The notes beneath the pieces are model-generated. The model had not been told where the DNA came from. It saw nothing but the letters and a program-made list of their open reading frames with translations, and did no database searches. Source: Hyaloraphidium curvatum SAG 235-1 (taxonomy: Eukaryota > Fungi > Monoblepharomycota). Taken from it: a DNA stretch of 64,000 nucleotides. Every line of letters begins with the position of its first letter. The first letter of the stretch is position 1. A program made the translations under genes and the position numbers. Below, one piece after another: positions 1 through 12,620 of this stretch. The stretch is from positions 558,001 through 622,000 of the forward strand of contig JAIVFI010000022.1 of NCBI GenBank assembly GCA_025558095.1, in the 5' to 3' direction.

Positions 1-1
1 C

Positions 2-697
2 TTCCCTCTGGGACCCAACGCCGGGCCGATCTACATCCGCGAGAACGTCGACGGTAGCATTTGGTTCACTGCCCTGTGGGCATCGGCGCTCGGGAGGATC
101 AAGGACGGCAACCTGACCCTGATCCCCTTGGACCACGCCCCCGGCGGCGGCGAAATCACCGTGCCGTACGATATCGGCGGCAAGCTCTACCACGTCGACG
201 TTTCCGCGGGCGTCAAGCTGCGTGACGCTGGCGGCAAGCAGCTCTCCTCCGCCCTCGCTTCCATCGGCGGCGCCGCGGGGCAGCCCTCCAACCTCCCCAT
301 CGCCGTCGAACCCGACGCCGCCGGAAACATCTGGTGGTCCGAGGAATCCGGCAACTCCATGGGCTTCATCCCCGCCGCCGTCGCCGCCGGTCCCGCCTCG
401 GGGCTCACCAAGGACAACATCCAGGTGCACCCCCTCCCCAACACCGGCTCCAAAGGGGCCGCCCTCCTCGTCACCAAGGAAGGCAGCGTCTGGGTGCAGA
501 CCTACTTCCCCTTCGGCCTGGCCCGGTGGAAGAGCGGCGCGTGGGAGCAGTTCTGGCTGCCCGTGGCCCCCATTCCCGTCGCGCCGTTCTGGCCGACCCC
601 GCATCGGATCGCCAGGGCGCAGGACGGCGCGTTCTGGTTCACGGAGATGAAGGGGGACAGGTTGGGGAGGGTGGCGGTGGATGCGGCTCTCCTGTGA
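2..697 (+). CDS. Virginiamycin B lyase (Vgb)-like beta-propeller protein, 5' partial
   Basis: Frame open from position 2; repeated Vgb-type blade motifs DGSIWFT, AGNIWWSE, EGSVWV, DGAFWFTEMKGDRLGRV. Confidence 0.7.
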   Translation, partial: FPLGPNAGPIYIRENVDGSIWFTALWASALGRIKDGNLTLIPLDHAPGGGEITVPYDIGGKLYHVDVSAGVKLRDAGGKQLSSALASIGGAAGQPSNLPIAVEPDAAGNIWWSEESGNSMGFIPAAVAAGPASGLTKDNIQVHPLPNTGSKGAALLVTKEGSVWVQTYFPFGLARWKSGAWEQFWLPVAPIPVAPFWPTPHRIARAQDGAFWFTEMKGDRLGRVAVDAALL

Positions 698-728
698 AGC
701 ACAATACATCCGCCTCCTTCCATCTCTT

Positions 729-2088
729 CTACGATGCCTGTCCCGCGGCCCTGACCGGCGGGATGCCCTTTGCCCTGGCCCTCCAAAACGCCCCCTTTGC
801 CCTCCCCACCGCAATCACCCTGTTCGCCTCGCCGATAGCCCGTTCCTCCCACTCCTTTAGCGCCGCGTCGGAGTCGGGGGCGAACAGCGCCTCGGCGAGC
901 GACACCGCCTCGCGGATGCCCTTGGCCGCGCCCTGCCCCGAGGACGGGGCGGCGGCAGCGAAGGCGTCGCCGAGGAGGACCGCGGGGAGGGAGGGGAAGT
1001 ACGCCTGCCGGGGTCTGCGCGGCGTCGGGCGGTCAGCCAGGGAGCGGCACGGGGCGGGCGGGGAAGCGAGGCACCCACTCAAATTCCCAGCACCCCTGCG
1101 CGGCGATCGCGTCTGACCTGATCGCCGCCTCGAACAATGCCTTCCATTCGGGCGCCCCCTTCAAAGCCGCCTCCGCCTCGTCGAGCAGCCTCTGTGCGGC
1201 CCACTCGGACAGCTGCCCCGCGTAGGTGTTTGCCTCGTGCCGCGTGCCGAACCTGTCCAGCATGAACTTCTGGAACTCTTCGTTCCCGATGTCGTTGATG
1301 TACAGCGAGATTTCGATGCGGGAGGGCGCGCCCTCGGGCACGTGCCCCGAGTCGTCCATGGCGGGCGGGGCGAACCGGAACACCATGTAGGGATACTTGG
1401 GCGTCTCGAACCAGAGGAACCCGGCGGCGGGGTTGAGCGCCGAGAAATAGGCCAGCGTGGCGGGGTCCGCGCTTTCGCGCTCCATGATGGCGCGGAAGAG
1501 CATGTACTCCTTGTAAACTGCCTCGGCGGACTCGTCGGCGAGGAGGAGCTTGCGGAGCTGCGAGCGGAAGCCGTCCGCCACGACGAGCAGGTCGGCGTGC
1601 TCGACGGAGCCGTCGTCGAATTGGACCTCGGGGCCGTTTTCGCTGCGGGAGACGCCCACGGCGTTGCGTCCTGCGGTGAACACCCCGCCCGCGTCCAGAA
1701 AGTCCTTCAGGATCGCGTTGCGGAAGCTGCCGTAGGACAGATCGGCGCCCTTCACCGGCTTTGCCGACGTTGCCAGGATGTGCCCGCCGGCTTCGAACTC
1801 GTACGCCTTCAAATTGCCCTGCATGTCGAGCAGCTGCATGCTCACGGCGGCGCCGGGCGGCGTGTTCCGCGGCGGGTGCGTCGGCGCCAGCTTACCGCCG
1901 AACAGCCTTTCGAGCACGTCCTCGGTCATCGACATGCCCGAGCCGCGGTCACGGAAATCGCGCGAGCGGTCGACGACGCGCACCTCGGCGTCCGTGCCGG
2001 CGGCGCGCGCGGCGCGGAGGGCGGACAGGCCGAAGCTGAGGCCCGCGAGGGAGCCGCCGACGACGAGGATGCGGCGCGGCGGGGCCAT
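729..2088 (-). CDS. FAD-dependent monooxygenase (aromatic hydroxylase class)
   Basis: ILVVGGSLAGL Rossmann motif, ADLLVVADGFRS, VLLGDAFAAAAPSSGQGA; intron 1015-1078 (GTGGGT..CAG) joins ORFs 1033..2205 and 729..1082 in frame. Confidence 0.85.
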
Positions 2089-2306
2089 CGCGGTCCGGGG
2101 GAGTTGGGAGACACACCAGCCGCAGGGCCCTGGGGCCCGCGAACATTCCCACGCAGCATTGCGAGGTATGCCGGGTGATTGCAAGCGACGTGGTCGGAGG
2201 GTCATCCGGAATGCCGGAAAGACGGGAACGTGATATGGTTTCCGCGTCGGGAGCCTGCTGTACTAGGTGTACTAAAACCGTTCGTGGTCTTCTGAAAGAG
2301 CAACTG

Positions 2307-3380
2307 CTACTGATGCGGCGGCGAGTAATCCATGTACCTCGTGAGCAGAAAGTCCCTCGTCAGCCTCTCGGCCGGTACGGGTTGGCCACCCCCGCCTGGC
2401 CGCCCATCACCCAGTGCGTGCCGGGTTCCTTGCTGCCCTCGATGCAGTCCACGTAGAGGTCGAGAAGCCTGGATGCGGCGGAGGAATCGGCGGCGCAGGT
2501 CAGGTTCCGGCGATGCACCCGGCGCAACGGCCCGACTTTTCGATGGGCGTCCACCCGGCGCCCCCGGCGGTGATGGGTCCCCGCACGGGATCGTTCTGCA
2601 CGGCCTCGGGCGTCGCCAGGCCGATCTTGGGCCAGATATTGGACCAGGTGAGGCCCGGGAGCACGGAGAAGTACCGGCAGCCGCTTTTGAGGTTGTTGGC
2701 GAGGCCCTGCATCTGCCCGATGTACGCGATCTGGCCGGCTTTGGCCACCAGATCTGGATGCCAGCATCGTCGGTGAGACATCCGCAGGCGACCGTGCTCG
2801 ACGGTCCGAAAGGGGCGGTTCCCACAGTAGGTCGCGTCGTTGGCCCCGGCGAGCGGGAAAACGCCGTGTATCCCCGACGTGGACGCGCTGACCACGCACA
2901 CGCCCGCCGTGCCGGTCGTGGCCCAGTGGTGGCTCGCCACATGGCACATCAGCATGGTCCCCCAGAGGTTCCCCACGGTCCCTTCCTTGAGGCGGGAAAA
3001 GTCGCCCGACAGGAGCTCCCTCTCGCTGGCCTTGGTGCTCGTCTCCATGTACCCCGCGTTGGCGACCAGCACGTGCACGTTGCCAAAGGCCTCCAGCGCG
3101 GTGCTGAAGCAGGACCGGATGCTGGAGTCGTCGGCGAGGTCCCGGGTACCTCTTGATGGTGAGCCCTCGAGCGGGGCTAATCGCCTCCAGTGCTTCTTGG
3201 AGGGAAGGGCACGCGGGCGGAAAATCCGAGGAGTGCGGCCGATGAGCACGGCCGCCGATGCATTGGACGATAATCGGCACCTGCGCTTCCCGGGAAAAGC
3301 CGGCGAAGTGGGTCAGAAGAATTGACCCGCCCATCGCGGTGGCGCCGTTCGTGGTCGCCTTGGTTTTTGGGGAACCGGAC
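2307..3380 (-). pseudogene. Short-chain dehydrogenase/reductase paralog with degenerate 5' end
   Basis: DLADDSSIRSCF, VLVANAGY, YC..KAG closely match the SDR at 26999-28085, but no recognisable TGxxxGIG N-terminus; 5' limit approximate. Confidence 0.6.
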
Positions 3381-3663
3381 CGAACTCGAAATCGCGGTTC
3401 AGCCACCGACCGACCGGCCGCGTCCATGCCTTCACGCCCGATCGACTGAAATCGAGCCTGCGAGCCGTCGCGATGATGACTAAAAGGCGAGTTGCCACAG
3501 TTTCTTCCAGCGAATGCCGCGGACCCGTTTTCGGAATTCCCGCTTGGCATCGAATGTTCCACCGCACGTCCGCCTCCGCCGCGGAGTGGCTGATGACATT
3601 CGTCAGGCGCTCTTCCAGCCCAGCCAACTGGTTGTGCAATCGCAAGGTGACCTCGCAGACGGC

Positions 3664-5404
3664 ATGGATACCGCCAGCCTCCCGCCCGAGCCGCCGGCGT
3701 CGCCGCACCCCACGGCGACGCTGTCCTTCGACCGCACGATCGTCCGGGGCCGCGGGGGGGCCGCCGCGCCGGTCCCCGCGACGCCGCACCCGCCACCCCT
3801 CGCGCTGTCCCCATCCGAGGCGCTCTGCGTGTTCCCCACCGGCCCACCATCCGCCGAGGCACCGGGCGACCGCCGCCCGCACCCGCTGGCCGGCCCCCCG
3901 CAGATGAGCCTGAAGGACAAGCACGCCGGCGACGAGGAGGAGCACGCGCGGCGGCCGCCGGCCGAGGTGCCGCTGACCGCCGCGGAGATCGTCGACGGGC
4001 TGGCGCAGTGGCCGGCGCTGCACTCCATGGCCCGCATCAACGTCGCCATGAGCCCGCTGGTCCGCGTCACGGGCTACAGGCTGCTGCTGCAGCCGCTGCT
4101 GTCGATCGCCTTCATCGTCGGCATATGGCGCTTCAACGACCTCGCCTTCGAGCCGCCCTACTTCGGCCGCCGCCAGCTGGTCGTCGGCACCGTCGGCCTC
4201 GTGCTCGGGTACACGCTGCCCGTGCTGGGCATGTCGCTGCTCTCCATCGCCTTTTCCAACATCGCCTACTCCAACGCCATGCTGGGCTCGCATTCGCCGT
4301 TGGCCCCGCTCGTGCGATGGGCCTCGCTGTGCAAGACGGACCCGAAATCGAAGCTGATTCGGCACGTGGAGGGTGGGACATCCGCCACGTCCGCACCATT
4401 CTGCTCGCAAAGCTGACACGCAAACTACAGGTGACGCGCTGTGCTCGTGCCCTCGCCCGGAGTGCGCGGGTGGGCTGCCGGGCCAGGCCGCATTCTTCAG
4501 GGTGCTGGTACCGGTTATTACCTGCCTCGTCGACCTTTTTTGGAACGTCATGGTGGCGTGGACCATGGCTGTGACCTTTGCAAGCGAGACGTGGACCAAC
4601 TGGTGGAGCGCGCTGGTCACCGCGCTTTTCTGTGGGTAGCGCACGTGGCGAAACCGTGTCCGAGGGCTGACTTCGATTGTCCCAGTCGTCGCCATCGGCC
4701 TCATCTACACCGTCCCCACGCACATCGTTTTCTCCTTTCACCGCCCCAGCCTGGCCCTCCTCGGCCTCGTCGACCGCATCCGCTGCCGCGCCAGCGACGA
4801 CCTTGTCAACGACATGCTGGACCGGCACGCCCTCGCCGCCACGGATCCATCGGTCGTCCTCCCGGCGCCCGCCGACGAGCCCTACGTCGCACTGCATCTC
4901 GGCCTCTCCGTTGTATGGCCTAAGCAGGCCCAGGCCGCCGCATCCGGCCGCGAGGGCGTGATGATGATCCTCATTGCCGCGCTGCTGGCCGCCATTATCA
5001 ACTCAGCCGGCGCCGGATGCATCCCCCTCTGGGCCGTCGCGCAGGCGCTCACCGTCGCCGTTTTCACCGCCAACGACCTCGTCTCCATCGCCGCCGCCAA
5101 CGACGGCGTGCGCCGCGTCGCGAGGCTGCACCGAGTGGGGAGGCACCGCTGCCTTTTGCTCCTCGGCCGAGTCGACGTGCGGGAGAATCCGATGGTCAGG
5201 GCGTCGCTGGAGGTGCACGAAAAGGTGCTGGGTGCTTTCGCGGACGCCGATGCGGCGGCCTTGGCGGTGTTCCTTGGGTACGAGGTCACGCCGGGGCTGG
5301 TCAAGACCGCCATCATAACCGCCTCCACGGTTGCGCTCGCGGGGTGGAGCTTGATTCGGGGGGTGGCCGTGGGGTTCTCGCTGGATACCATGTGCCCGTC
5401 CTGA
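3664..5404 (+). CDS. Multi-pass membrane protein, paralog of 35312-36790
   Basis: Three hydrophobic ORF pieces joined by introns near 4372-4430 and 4636-4685; CSCPRPEC loop and C-terminal GYEVTPGLVKT..IRG..LDTMCP shared with the paralog. Confidence 0.75.
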
Positions 5405-5479
5405 TGCGGCGGAATGCTTGGGCGGTGGATGTCTTTCGCTCGGAGGGAAACTGCGGGCTGATGCCCGATTGGATGCAAT

Positions 5480-6138
5480 ATTGGACCCCGCTGCGTGCGA
5501 AGTTTGTAGGCATATGCATACAAGGCTTCGGCGCCGTGTTTTCCACGATCAGACTCGTCGGCTTCCGTCTCCGCCTCCGCGAGAGCCGCCAGCGGCCCCT
5601 CCATCCGCCCCGACTTGCAGCCTGACAACGTGACCAGGTTGCACGTTCCGTACGGTCCCTCGATCAACTGGCGGCGCGGTTCCGAGTCAGCGTTCCGCGC
5701 GCGGCGGGAACCTCTGGCTCCGGCCGACCTTGAGTTCCCCGATTCCGCCTATGGGCAGCATCTTCCCCTCCTTGGCGGTCACGGAGGCGCCGAGCGGCTT
5801 TCTCGGTTCGAGATGGAGGAACGCCGAGAGCGCGCGCGGCCTTCCAAGACCCAAGACCCGAAAGGGAAACCCACCCTGACCTCCGCGTCCGCGCTTTCTT
5901 TGAACTCGTGCTTCAGCGCCGCGCGGAAGAACCCCGAATGGGCGCAGATCACCATGCGGTGGAGCCTGCGCTCGCTCCCGTCTGGCCCGACGACCTTGAT
6001 GTCCGAGTGCTCGCCAGACTCGAGGAAGGAGAGGAACGCCCCGGTCCGGAAGAAGCCTGTGGCGGAGGCAGCTTCGTAGAACACCGTGGCCGCGAGTCCG
6101 GGAGGCGGCGGCGGGGTCGAGGGAGGGGTCTGCGCCAT
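5480..6138 (-). CDS. BTB/POZ-domain protein (3' part unclear, possibly truncated)
   Basis: HSDIKVVG..LHRMVICAHSGFFRAALKHEFKES is a typical BTB N-terminus; downstream exon structure unresolved, lower coordinate approximate. Confidence 0.6.
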
Positions 6139-6390
6139 GGCGGAGACAGGGTGACTGGGTGCCGCAAATCGCGCCGGTTTGGGCAGCTCGTTCCAAATCC
6201 CGAAAAGATTGGGCTAATCCAGCTACAATGCAAATAATTGCCGCCTTTTGCAGCGTCCGACGGCACTGCGACGCGAACGGACGCGAATGCCCGCGATCGC
6301 GTCGCTTTGTTTGTCCGCAGCCCGATTCGGCCCGCGCGGCCGCTTATCGTCGGATTGCGGCGACCCGCGAACGCAAAGCAAACCGGCACG

Positions 6391-7532
6391 ATGGCGTCCT
6401 TCGTGGAGCAGCTGCTGTCCGGCCTCGACCCGGACAGCCTGATGACGATATGGGCGCTATTCGCCTCCCTCGCCTCCGTGGGTCCGTCCGCAGCCCCGCC
6501 GGACCGCCCGCTGATCCCCCCACCGCAGTGGGCCATCGCCATCGAATTCGCGTCAAGATGGCAGTTCCTAGACGCCTCGGCCGACCCGCCGACCGCCGCC
6601 GGCAAAAAGGCGCTGAGGAGGCAGGCGCTCCTCTGTCTGGGGATCGTCGCAGCGTTCGCGCTCTCGGGGGCGCTGCACTCGGGGGCGACGTTCCTGCAGT
6701 TCCGTTCCGTGGACTCGGAGAAGATTGCGGCGTGGGGGATTGATCTGCCGGCGTGGGCGGGGGGGAGGAGGCTGGTGGGTGGCCCCCGGACCGCGCGACT
6801 TGGTCGATTGAGCTGATCCGTGTCTTCATCGGCCGCCAGAACCCCGTCGGCATCCATCGGCTGACGTACAACCTCTCCGTCACGGCGCTCCATGTGCTCC
6901 TCATCTTCTGGTACCACGCGAGGCGGTCGGCGCTCGCCGAGGCCGCGGCCGCCAAGCCCGCCGAGGCCGGCGACGCCGCGCCCGCCACGGGAGCCGGAAT
7001 CCCCTCCCCCTTTCCCGACCTCCTCTCCCTCGTTTCGCTGCTCATCCTGGCCGTCCGCCTGGCCTACCTCTGCCTCCCCCTGCCGCCCCCGCCGGGCATC
7101 CGCACCCCGCTCCCGCTCTTCCGCGTGCTCACCGACCTCCCCGTGCTCTGGGCCGGCATGCTCAACGTCGGCCGCCTGCTCGGCGAGCCCGGCGGCGACA
7201 AGCCGTTCCGCGCGGCGGCGATCGGCACGGCGCTGGCGTGCTTCTTCACTCTGCCGGCTCTCTTGCTGCCGCCCTTCCCCGACAAGGCGCGCGACCCGGA
7301 GGCCGCCAGACAGGTGGCCTTCTTCGAGGCCGCCACGCACGCGATGTACCTCTACGTGATGTGGAACGTGTGCCTCGGCACGCTTTCCAAGGCGGGGGAG
7401 CTCAGGGACGCGGAGGGGGAACAGCCGGGTGGGACGGGTGGGGCGGCGGGGCCGGCGTCGAGGGCCGAGCGGAGGGCAAAGGAGCGGGAGGACGAGAAGA
7501 AGCAGAAGAAGAAGGCTGCCAAGGCGGAGTGA
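6391..7532 (+). CDS. Hypothetical multi-pass membrane protein with Lys-rich C-terminus
   Basis: Hydrophobic segments in ORFs 6238..6816 and 6753..7532 with probable introns near 6478-6528 and 6774-6839; ends KKQKKKAAKAE. Confidence 0.6.
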
Positions 7533-7837
7533 AGGTTTGCCTATAGAGGAGGCTGTCTTGCGGCCGCAAATGAACCACGATCGGTCGACTATGGGCCCGG
7601 AGGAGGCTTGCTGCGCGCAAAGGGGACGATTGGTCACGTCCCTGAAGCCCACTGCCACCTTTCGGCCCTCGAGACCCTTTCACCGATTATCAGAACATCC
7701 GAAGCTGCTCCGGATGCCATTCGGCTACGCTTTCCAATATGTTGAGTTCGTCGCCCAGCCGTCGCGGTGCAAGGGCGCTGGGCGCCGAAGTCCCTAGACA
7801 AACGTCACCGGGCCATCCCCCCCACCGGATCCCGGCG

Positions 7838-9961
7838 ATGGCGGCCGCGGCGATGAACGGCGGCTCGCCGCCGTTGACACCGGACACGGTGGTGGCGACG
7901 CCCGTGGACGCGGCGGCGGCGGGGGCCTCCCAAGCGGCGCCGTCGCCCGCGCCGCCCGCCGACCCGAAGGGCGCCGCCGCGGGGGCCGCCGCCGCCGGGG
8001 CCGCCAAAAAGGACGCGCCGAAGAAGGAGCCGCCCGATCCCGTCGCCGACGAGGACCGCTTCTTCATGCACAAGAACTCGCCGTTCTCCATCGCAAACAG
8101 CGTGCGGCTGGGCGAGGCGCACAAGACCGAGGCCGCCGCCTTCGTCGCCTCGGTGTCGGTGCTGTTCGACATCTGCGCGATTGGCATGGTGCTGGCCTGC
8201 ACCGTCGGCCTGGCGACCGGGAACGCCGGGCTGGCGTGGACCGTTTACTCCAACGCGACCTACCTCACCGCTACCCAGGTCGACGTCGCCTGGGGCGCCT
8301 GGAACTACTGCTTCGCACCCGGCGGGTTGAACTTTGCCGGGGCCAGATGTCCGATGTTCTTCCAGCAGTCGTGGGCCACGCAGAATTTTAGCCAGGCCTA
8401 CCTCGTCACCCCGTTCCCCCTTGCCTTGGTGGGTGGTTCCGTTGCCTCGCGTGCGTCCTCGCTGATCTTGGCTCGCGGCGCCTTTCCCGTCGAGCAGCTC
8501 TGCGTATTTGCCCTCTTCACCACCCCCTTCTTCATCTGCACCAACGTCGAGGGGCTCAAGGCCTTTATCCTGGCGGCGGCCGCCGCCTCCTTTGCCCTGG
8601 TCACCTGGATCGCCGCCTTTGTCATGGTTGTCTTGCAGCTCCCTAAGGTGGGGCCGCTGATATCACCTTACGTCAGGTGGTTCTATGGCTCCGGTTTCAA
8701 CGGTGGGTCGTGAAGTCGAGCTGATCCGTGAGCGAAAGACACCTGACCCGCGTGCTCGTGTTCTCCAGTGGCCTGTGCCACTTGCGGCATGATAGGAATC
8801 TCCGCCATCATGAAGATCTGGGCCACGGCTTTCTACATGCGGCATTACCGGGAGGAGGCCGAAATGCGGGCCAAGAAGGCGGAGGAGGAGCGCAAGGAGC
8901 AGGAGCTCCGCGAGCAAGAGGCCGCGGAGCGCGCCCGCGTGGCCTCGGAGATGGCCCAGGCCCGGCGCGCCTCGCTGGCGAACATCGACCCCGCCGACGA
9001 CCCGTACGGGAACCGGCTGGCCATGCTCCAGTCGATGGGGCCCGAGGCCTTCTCCTCCACCTTCGGCTCCACCTCCACCCTGGCTCCCTGGGCCAACGCC
9101 TCCCTCAATCCCTACGCGGGCAACGGCTCGCTGAACCCCTACCTGGCCAACGCCTCCCTCAACCCCTACGCCGCCAACGCCTCTCTCAGCCCTTACGGCA
9201 ACGCCGCCGCCGTCCGCGCCGCCTCCATGGCCCGCGCCAACGGCCAAAGCGCGCTCGCCCTCCCATCTGGCCCACTCCCGCCCGCCGACCCCTCCGCCTT
9301 CCTCGACACCCTGCCCCCGGAGCTCAAGGCCGCCGCCGACGCGCAGATCCGCACGCAGCTCGAGGCCTATGCCCCCGCGATCGCTGACCACGTCCGCGCG
9401 GTGCTCCCCGGCGCCCCCGCCGAGGCGCAGCAGGCCGCGTATGAGAGCGCGATGGGACAGTACGCGGACCAGCTGCGGGCGCACCAGGCCGCGAGCGTGA
9501 TGGGGAGCACGATGCAGCTGGGTGGTGGGTTGCCGGTTGGGCCGGGGGCGTCGGTGGTGATGCCCACGCCGTCTGGATGGTTGGGGCCGCCGAGCGTGGG
9601 GATGGGGATGGGGCCGGGGACGAGCGTGCCGAGCCTCGGGCCGCCCGGCATGCGGTACGGCTCGCCCCCTGCGGGCATGGGCTACCCCGCCACAGGCTAT
9701 CCGGCCGCCTACGGCAGCCCCGCCGCGGTGCAGGGCTTCCCCGGCCCGTCGCCGTCGCCCTACGGCGGATCCACCAGCGCCTACGCGGCGGCGGGGTACG
9801 GCACCCCGCCGCCGTCGTCGAGCCCGGCGAACGGGGCAACGTCGGGGTCGACGATCAACACGGGGAGCCCGGGCGTGCCTGACACCGGGGCAGGATATGC
9901 CGGGCAGGGGGGGCAGGGGTACGGGTCGGGGGATCGGTATGGGTCGGCGGCGCCGGGGTAA
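7838..9961 (+). CDS. SUR7/PalI (claudin-like) 4-TM membrane protein with long Pro/Gly/Tyr-rich tail
   Basis: TM1 followed by WGAWNYC motif, three further TM segments, coiled coil and low-complexity tail; introns near 8430-8496 and 8703-8768 (approximate). Confidence 0.6.
9092..9196 (+). repeat. Coding tandem repeat, four copies of a 27-bp unit (N[AG]SL[NS]PY)
   Basis: Translation ANASLNPYAGNGSLNPYLANASLNPYAANASLSPY. Confidence 0.85.
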
Positions 9962-10225
9962 TGGGCTATTTATCTATGTAGGCAGCTGGGTAATCTATGT
10001 CGGTGCTGTGGACATCTTTGCGCGGTGAACGGATTGGCTCGGAGGTTTGCGGGCGGGTCCTGGCAGAAAACTCGCCCTCGGGCATGGCAGATGATTCCCG
10101 AAATGGATATTGCAGACAGCCACGATGCGAGTTATGTACAGGATGCGGCCGAACCCCCGGACGACCGCGGTCATATGTCCATGCGAAGCAGTGTCTCTCG
10201 GGCCCCACGCCTCTCCGCCCGAACC

Positions 10226-10578
10226 TCAGATCTTGAGCTCCTCCAGCTCCAGCTCCACCCGCTTCGCCTTCTCGGCCTCCATCTCTGGGCTGGCCGGCCC
10301 CGCGACCGCCGGCCTCAGCCGAGGCGACCGGTTCAGCAGCGCCGGAACGAAGGCGTCCCTCCCCGGCGCCGGCTCCGGGTCGTCCGGCGGCGGCGTGGGC
10401 GGTTTCTGGTCGTGAGAGCGGCACGCAGAGGAGCAGTACAGCCTGTTTGCCTGCGGGACGGACGGCCGCGTCATGCTCGGAGTTGCGTTGCGAAAGGCGG
10501 GACGGGCGGCACCTCGACGTCGGTCAGGGCCAGCTGCCGCTCGCAGCGGAGGCACCACGAATGCAGGTACTCCGCCAT
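10226..10578 (-). CDS. Ecl1/2/3-family (extender of chronological lifespan) small Cys-rich protein
   Basis: Removing intron 10451-10512 gives MAEYLHSWCLRCERQLALTDVEANRLYCSSACRSHD, matching the CxxC..LYCSxxCR..D family pattern. Confidence 0.75.
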
Positions 10579-10894
10579 TGCCGGGGGGGTTGCGGGCGTC
10601 CGCAGTGTTTTCTCCGCAGTTCCGCGCGGGAGGTCGCGCGTCCCGATCGTTCCGACGGGTCCTGGGCATCACGTGCGGGCTGGTGGGGCACGATCCTTCG
10701 AGACATCTCACGAAACTATGAAACTCCTTGCTTTTATGGGATGCTTTGGAGCTACATTTCTTTGCCCTTGACGTTCCCGCGGGATGTCCCCTGCAGGGGA
10801 AGGCTGCGAAGCTCGCAAATGGCAGGGTGACCTTGGCGGGGTGGAGTCCATTCGTCAACGGACGTCGCTGGATTCCAGTCGACGGATGGCTGGG

Positions 10895-11052
10895 CCCGAA
10901 TCGGCCGAATTGTCCAAGTGGCCGATAAATTGGCCAATTCGGCGGCCGATTCGGCCGAATCGGCGGGGAAATCGGCCGGATTGGCCAGTTCGGGGGGCGA
11001 ATCCGCCGAATTGCGGGGCAAATCGGCCAACTCGGTGGCAATTCGGCCAACG
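10895..11052. repeat. Array of degenerate palindromic AATCGGCCGAATT-like motifs
   Basis: Repeated AATCGGCCGAATT, AATTGGCCAATT, GATTCGGCCGAATC, AAATCGGCC units; GGCCGAATTG at the left end is inverted as CAATTCGGCC at the right end. Confidence 0.8.
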
Positions 11053-11421
11053 CGGCGGGCGCAGCAGCCTCATCATGTATCACAACGTCCGCAACGTGGT
11101 AATCGTTGATCTGTTCCTCAGTGAGCGGGCCGCGCTACACCGTGGGAGAGACTAAACGGGCAGGAAAGCGACTGGTGCCGCAGGTTGCCGTCAAGGCCTG
11201 TTGCACGCGGGTGACTGAACCTGGCCCTACTTGGCTCTCGTCGTGAGCTGGATCATCAAGTCATGCCCATGCCATTGGGCCAGCGTAGGCCACCAGCGTT
11301 GCAGGCTTTTCATGAGGGTCCTGCTGTTCCAGCGTACGCGGACGAGCGGCGACTGCACGAAATCCTTCATCCTCGACCCGCCCCGTCCCCCACTCCTGTT
11401 CTTGGGGGCCAAGGAAACAAG

Positions 11422-12443
11422 ATGGCCGCCGCGCTGCACGACCGGAACGCTGAGCTCAATTTCTGGGAGGACAAGGGCGACGGCTCCGTGCCCGCGCCGT
11501 TGTTTGTCGGGAAGTGGGAGTCCGGATACCGCGCCCGCCCGACGCCACGCCAACGCGCCTCGCAGGGAGGTCACGATCGACCGGCCGCTGGTCTCGAAGC
11601 GCGTCCGTGTGCGGGACGTGTCGGGCAGTGAGGGCAAGTTCGGGTTGGACAATGCGGCGTTCCAGTACCGGAAGCACTCGACGAACTGCTGGCACACCTT
11701 TGGAGACGACGCGCTGATCGAGAAGGAGTACTACAAGGAGTGCGAGCGGGTGCTCCTCGAGGCGTGGGGTGCCTTCCTCGACGAGATGCGGTCCGTTCTG
11801 CTGACACTCGCCCGTCCCTTCGCTCAGAACGGGAGGCACCCGCGCCCACGTCTTCGACCACCGCCTCCGCCGCTCCACCGTCGCCGGCGGCACGGGCAAG
11901 ACCGGCCCCGTGCTGCGCGTTCACGTCGACGAGTCCGAGAAGGGGGCCGTGGCTTACCTCCGGCACTACCTTCCGGACGAGGCCGAGGAGCTGCTCAAGT
12001 ACCGCTGGCAGATCATCAACGTGGGCCCTCCCCCCTTCCATCGCCGCGATCCCACTCACCCCGCACTTCTGCAACAGGTCTGGCGACCGCTCGTCCCCGT
12101 GGAACGCGACCCCCTCGCCGTTGCCGACGGCACCACCTTCACCCCCACGGACTTCTTCCCCGCCGTGGTGCACTACGACGGCGGCGCCCACGCTGGCGGC
12201 TGGGACGGCGAATCGCTCGCGGTCGCGCACCGCCCGGACCAGCAGTGGTTCTACAAGCATCGCATGTCCCCCGACGACGTCGTGCTCATCAAGAACTACG
12301 ATTCCGACACCGGGGTGAGGGCGCGGAGCTGCCCGCACTCGGCGATCGAGGACGGGAAGGAGGCGGACGGGCTGCCGCCGAGGCAGAGCGTCGAGGTCAG
12401 GGCGTTTGTGTTCTACGGGCCGCGGGGGGAGGCGAGGCTTTGA
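11422..12443 (+). CDS. CmcJ/AsaB/NvfI-like oxidoreductase (hydroxylase/desaturase family)
   Basis: YYKECERVL, VFDHRLRR, VHVD, WQIINV/WRPL..RDPLAVAD, CPHSA, RQSVEVRAFVF; three short introns. Confidence 0.85.
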
Positions 12444-12620
12444 AGGGGCCGTGGTGCCGGGATCAAGGGCAATCCGCCGAACCTGTCCTCCTTCACGGGA
12501 AAGAGCGTGTAACGATTGCTGTGTTGATGGGGTCCGATCCTTTCGAGAACTTTCCAAAGCGAGTATGGTGTGGGTCGAATCCGGATGGCCCGGCTCCAGA
12601 CACGTCACCGATGCACTGCA

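Noticed and set aside
10895-11052. CRISPR array
   Set aside because: No identical repeats separated by unique spacers, no cas genes, eukaryotic context
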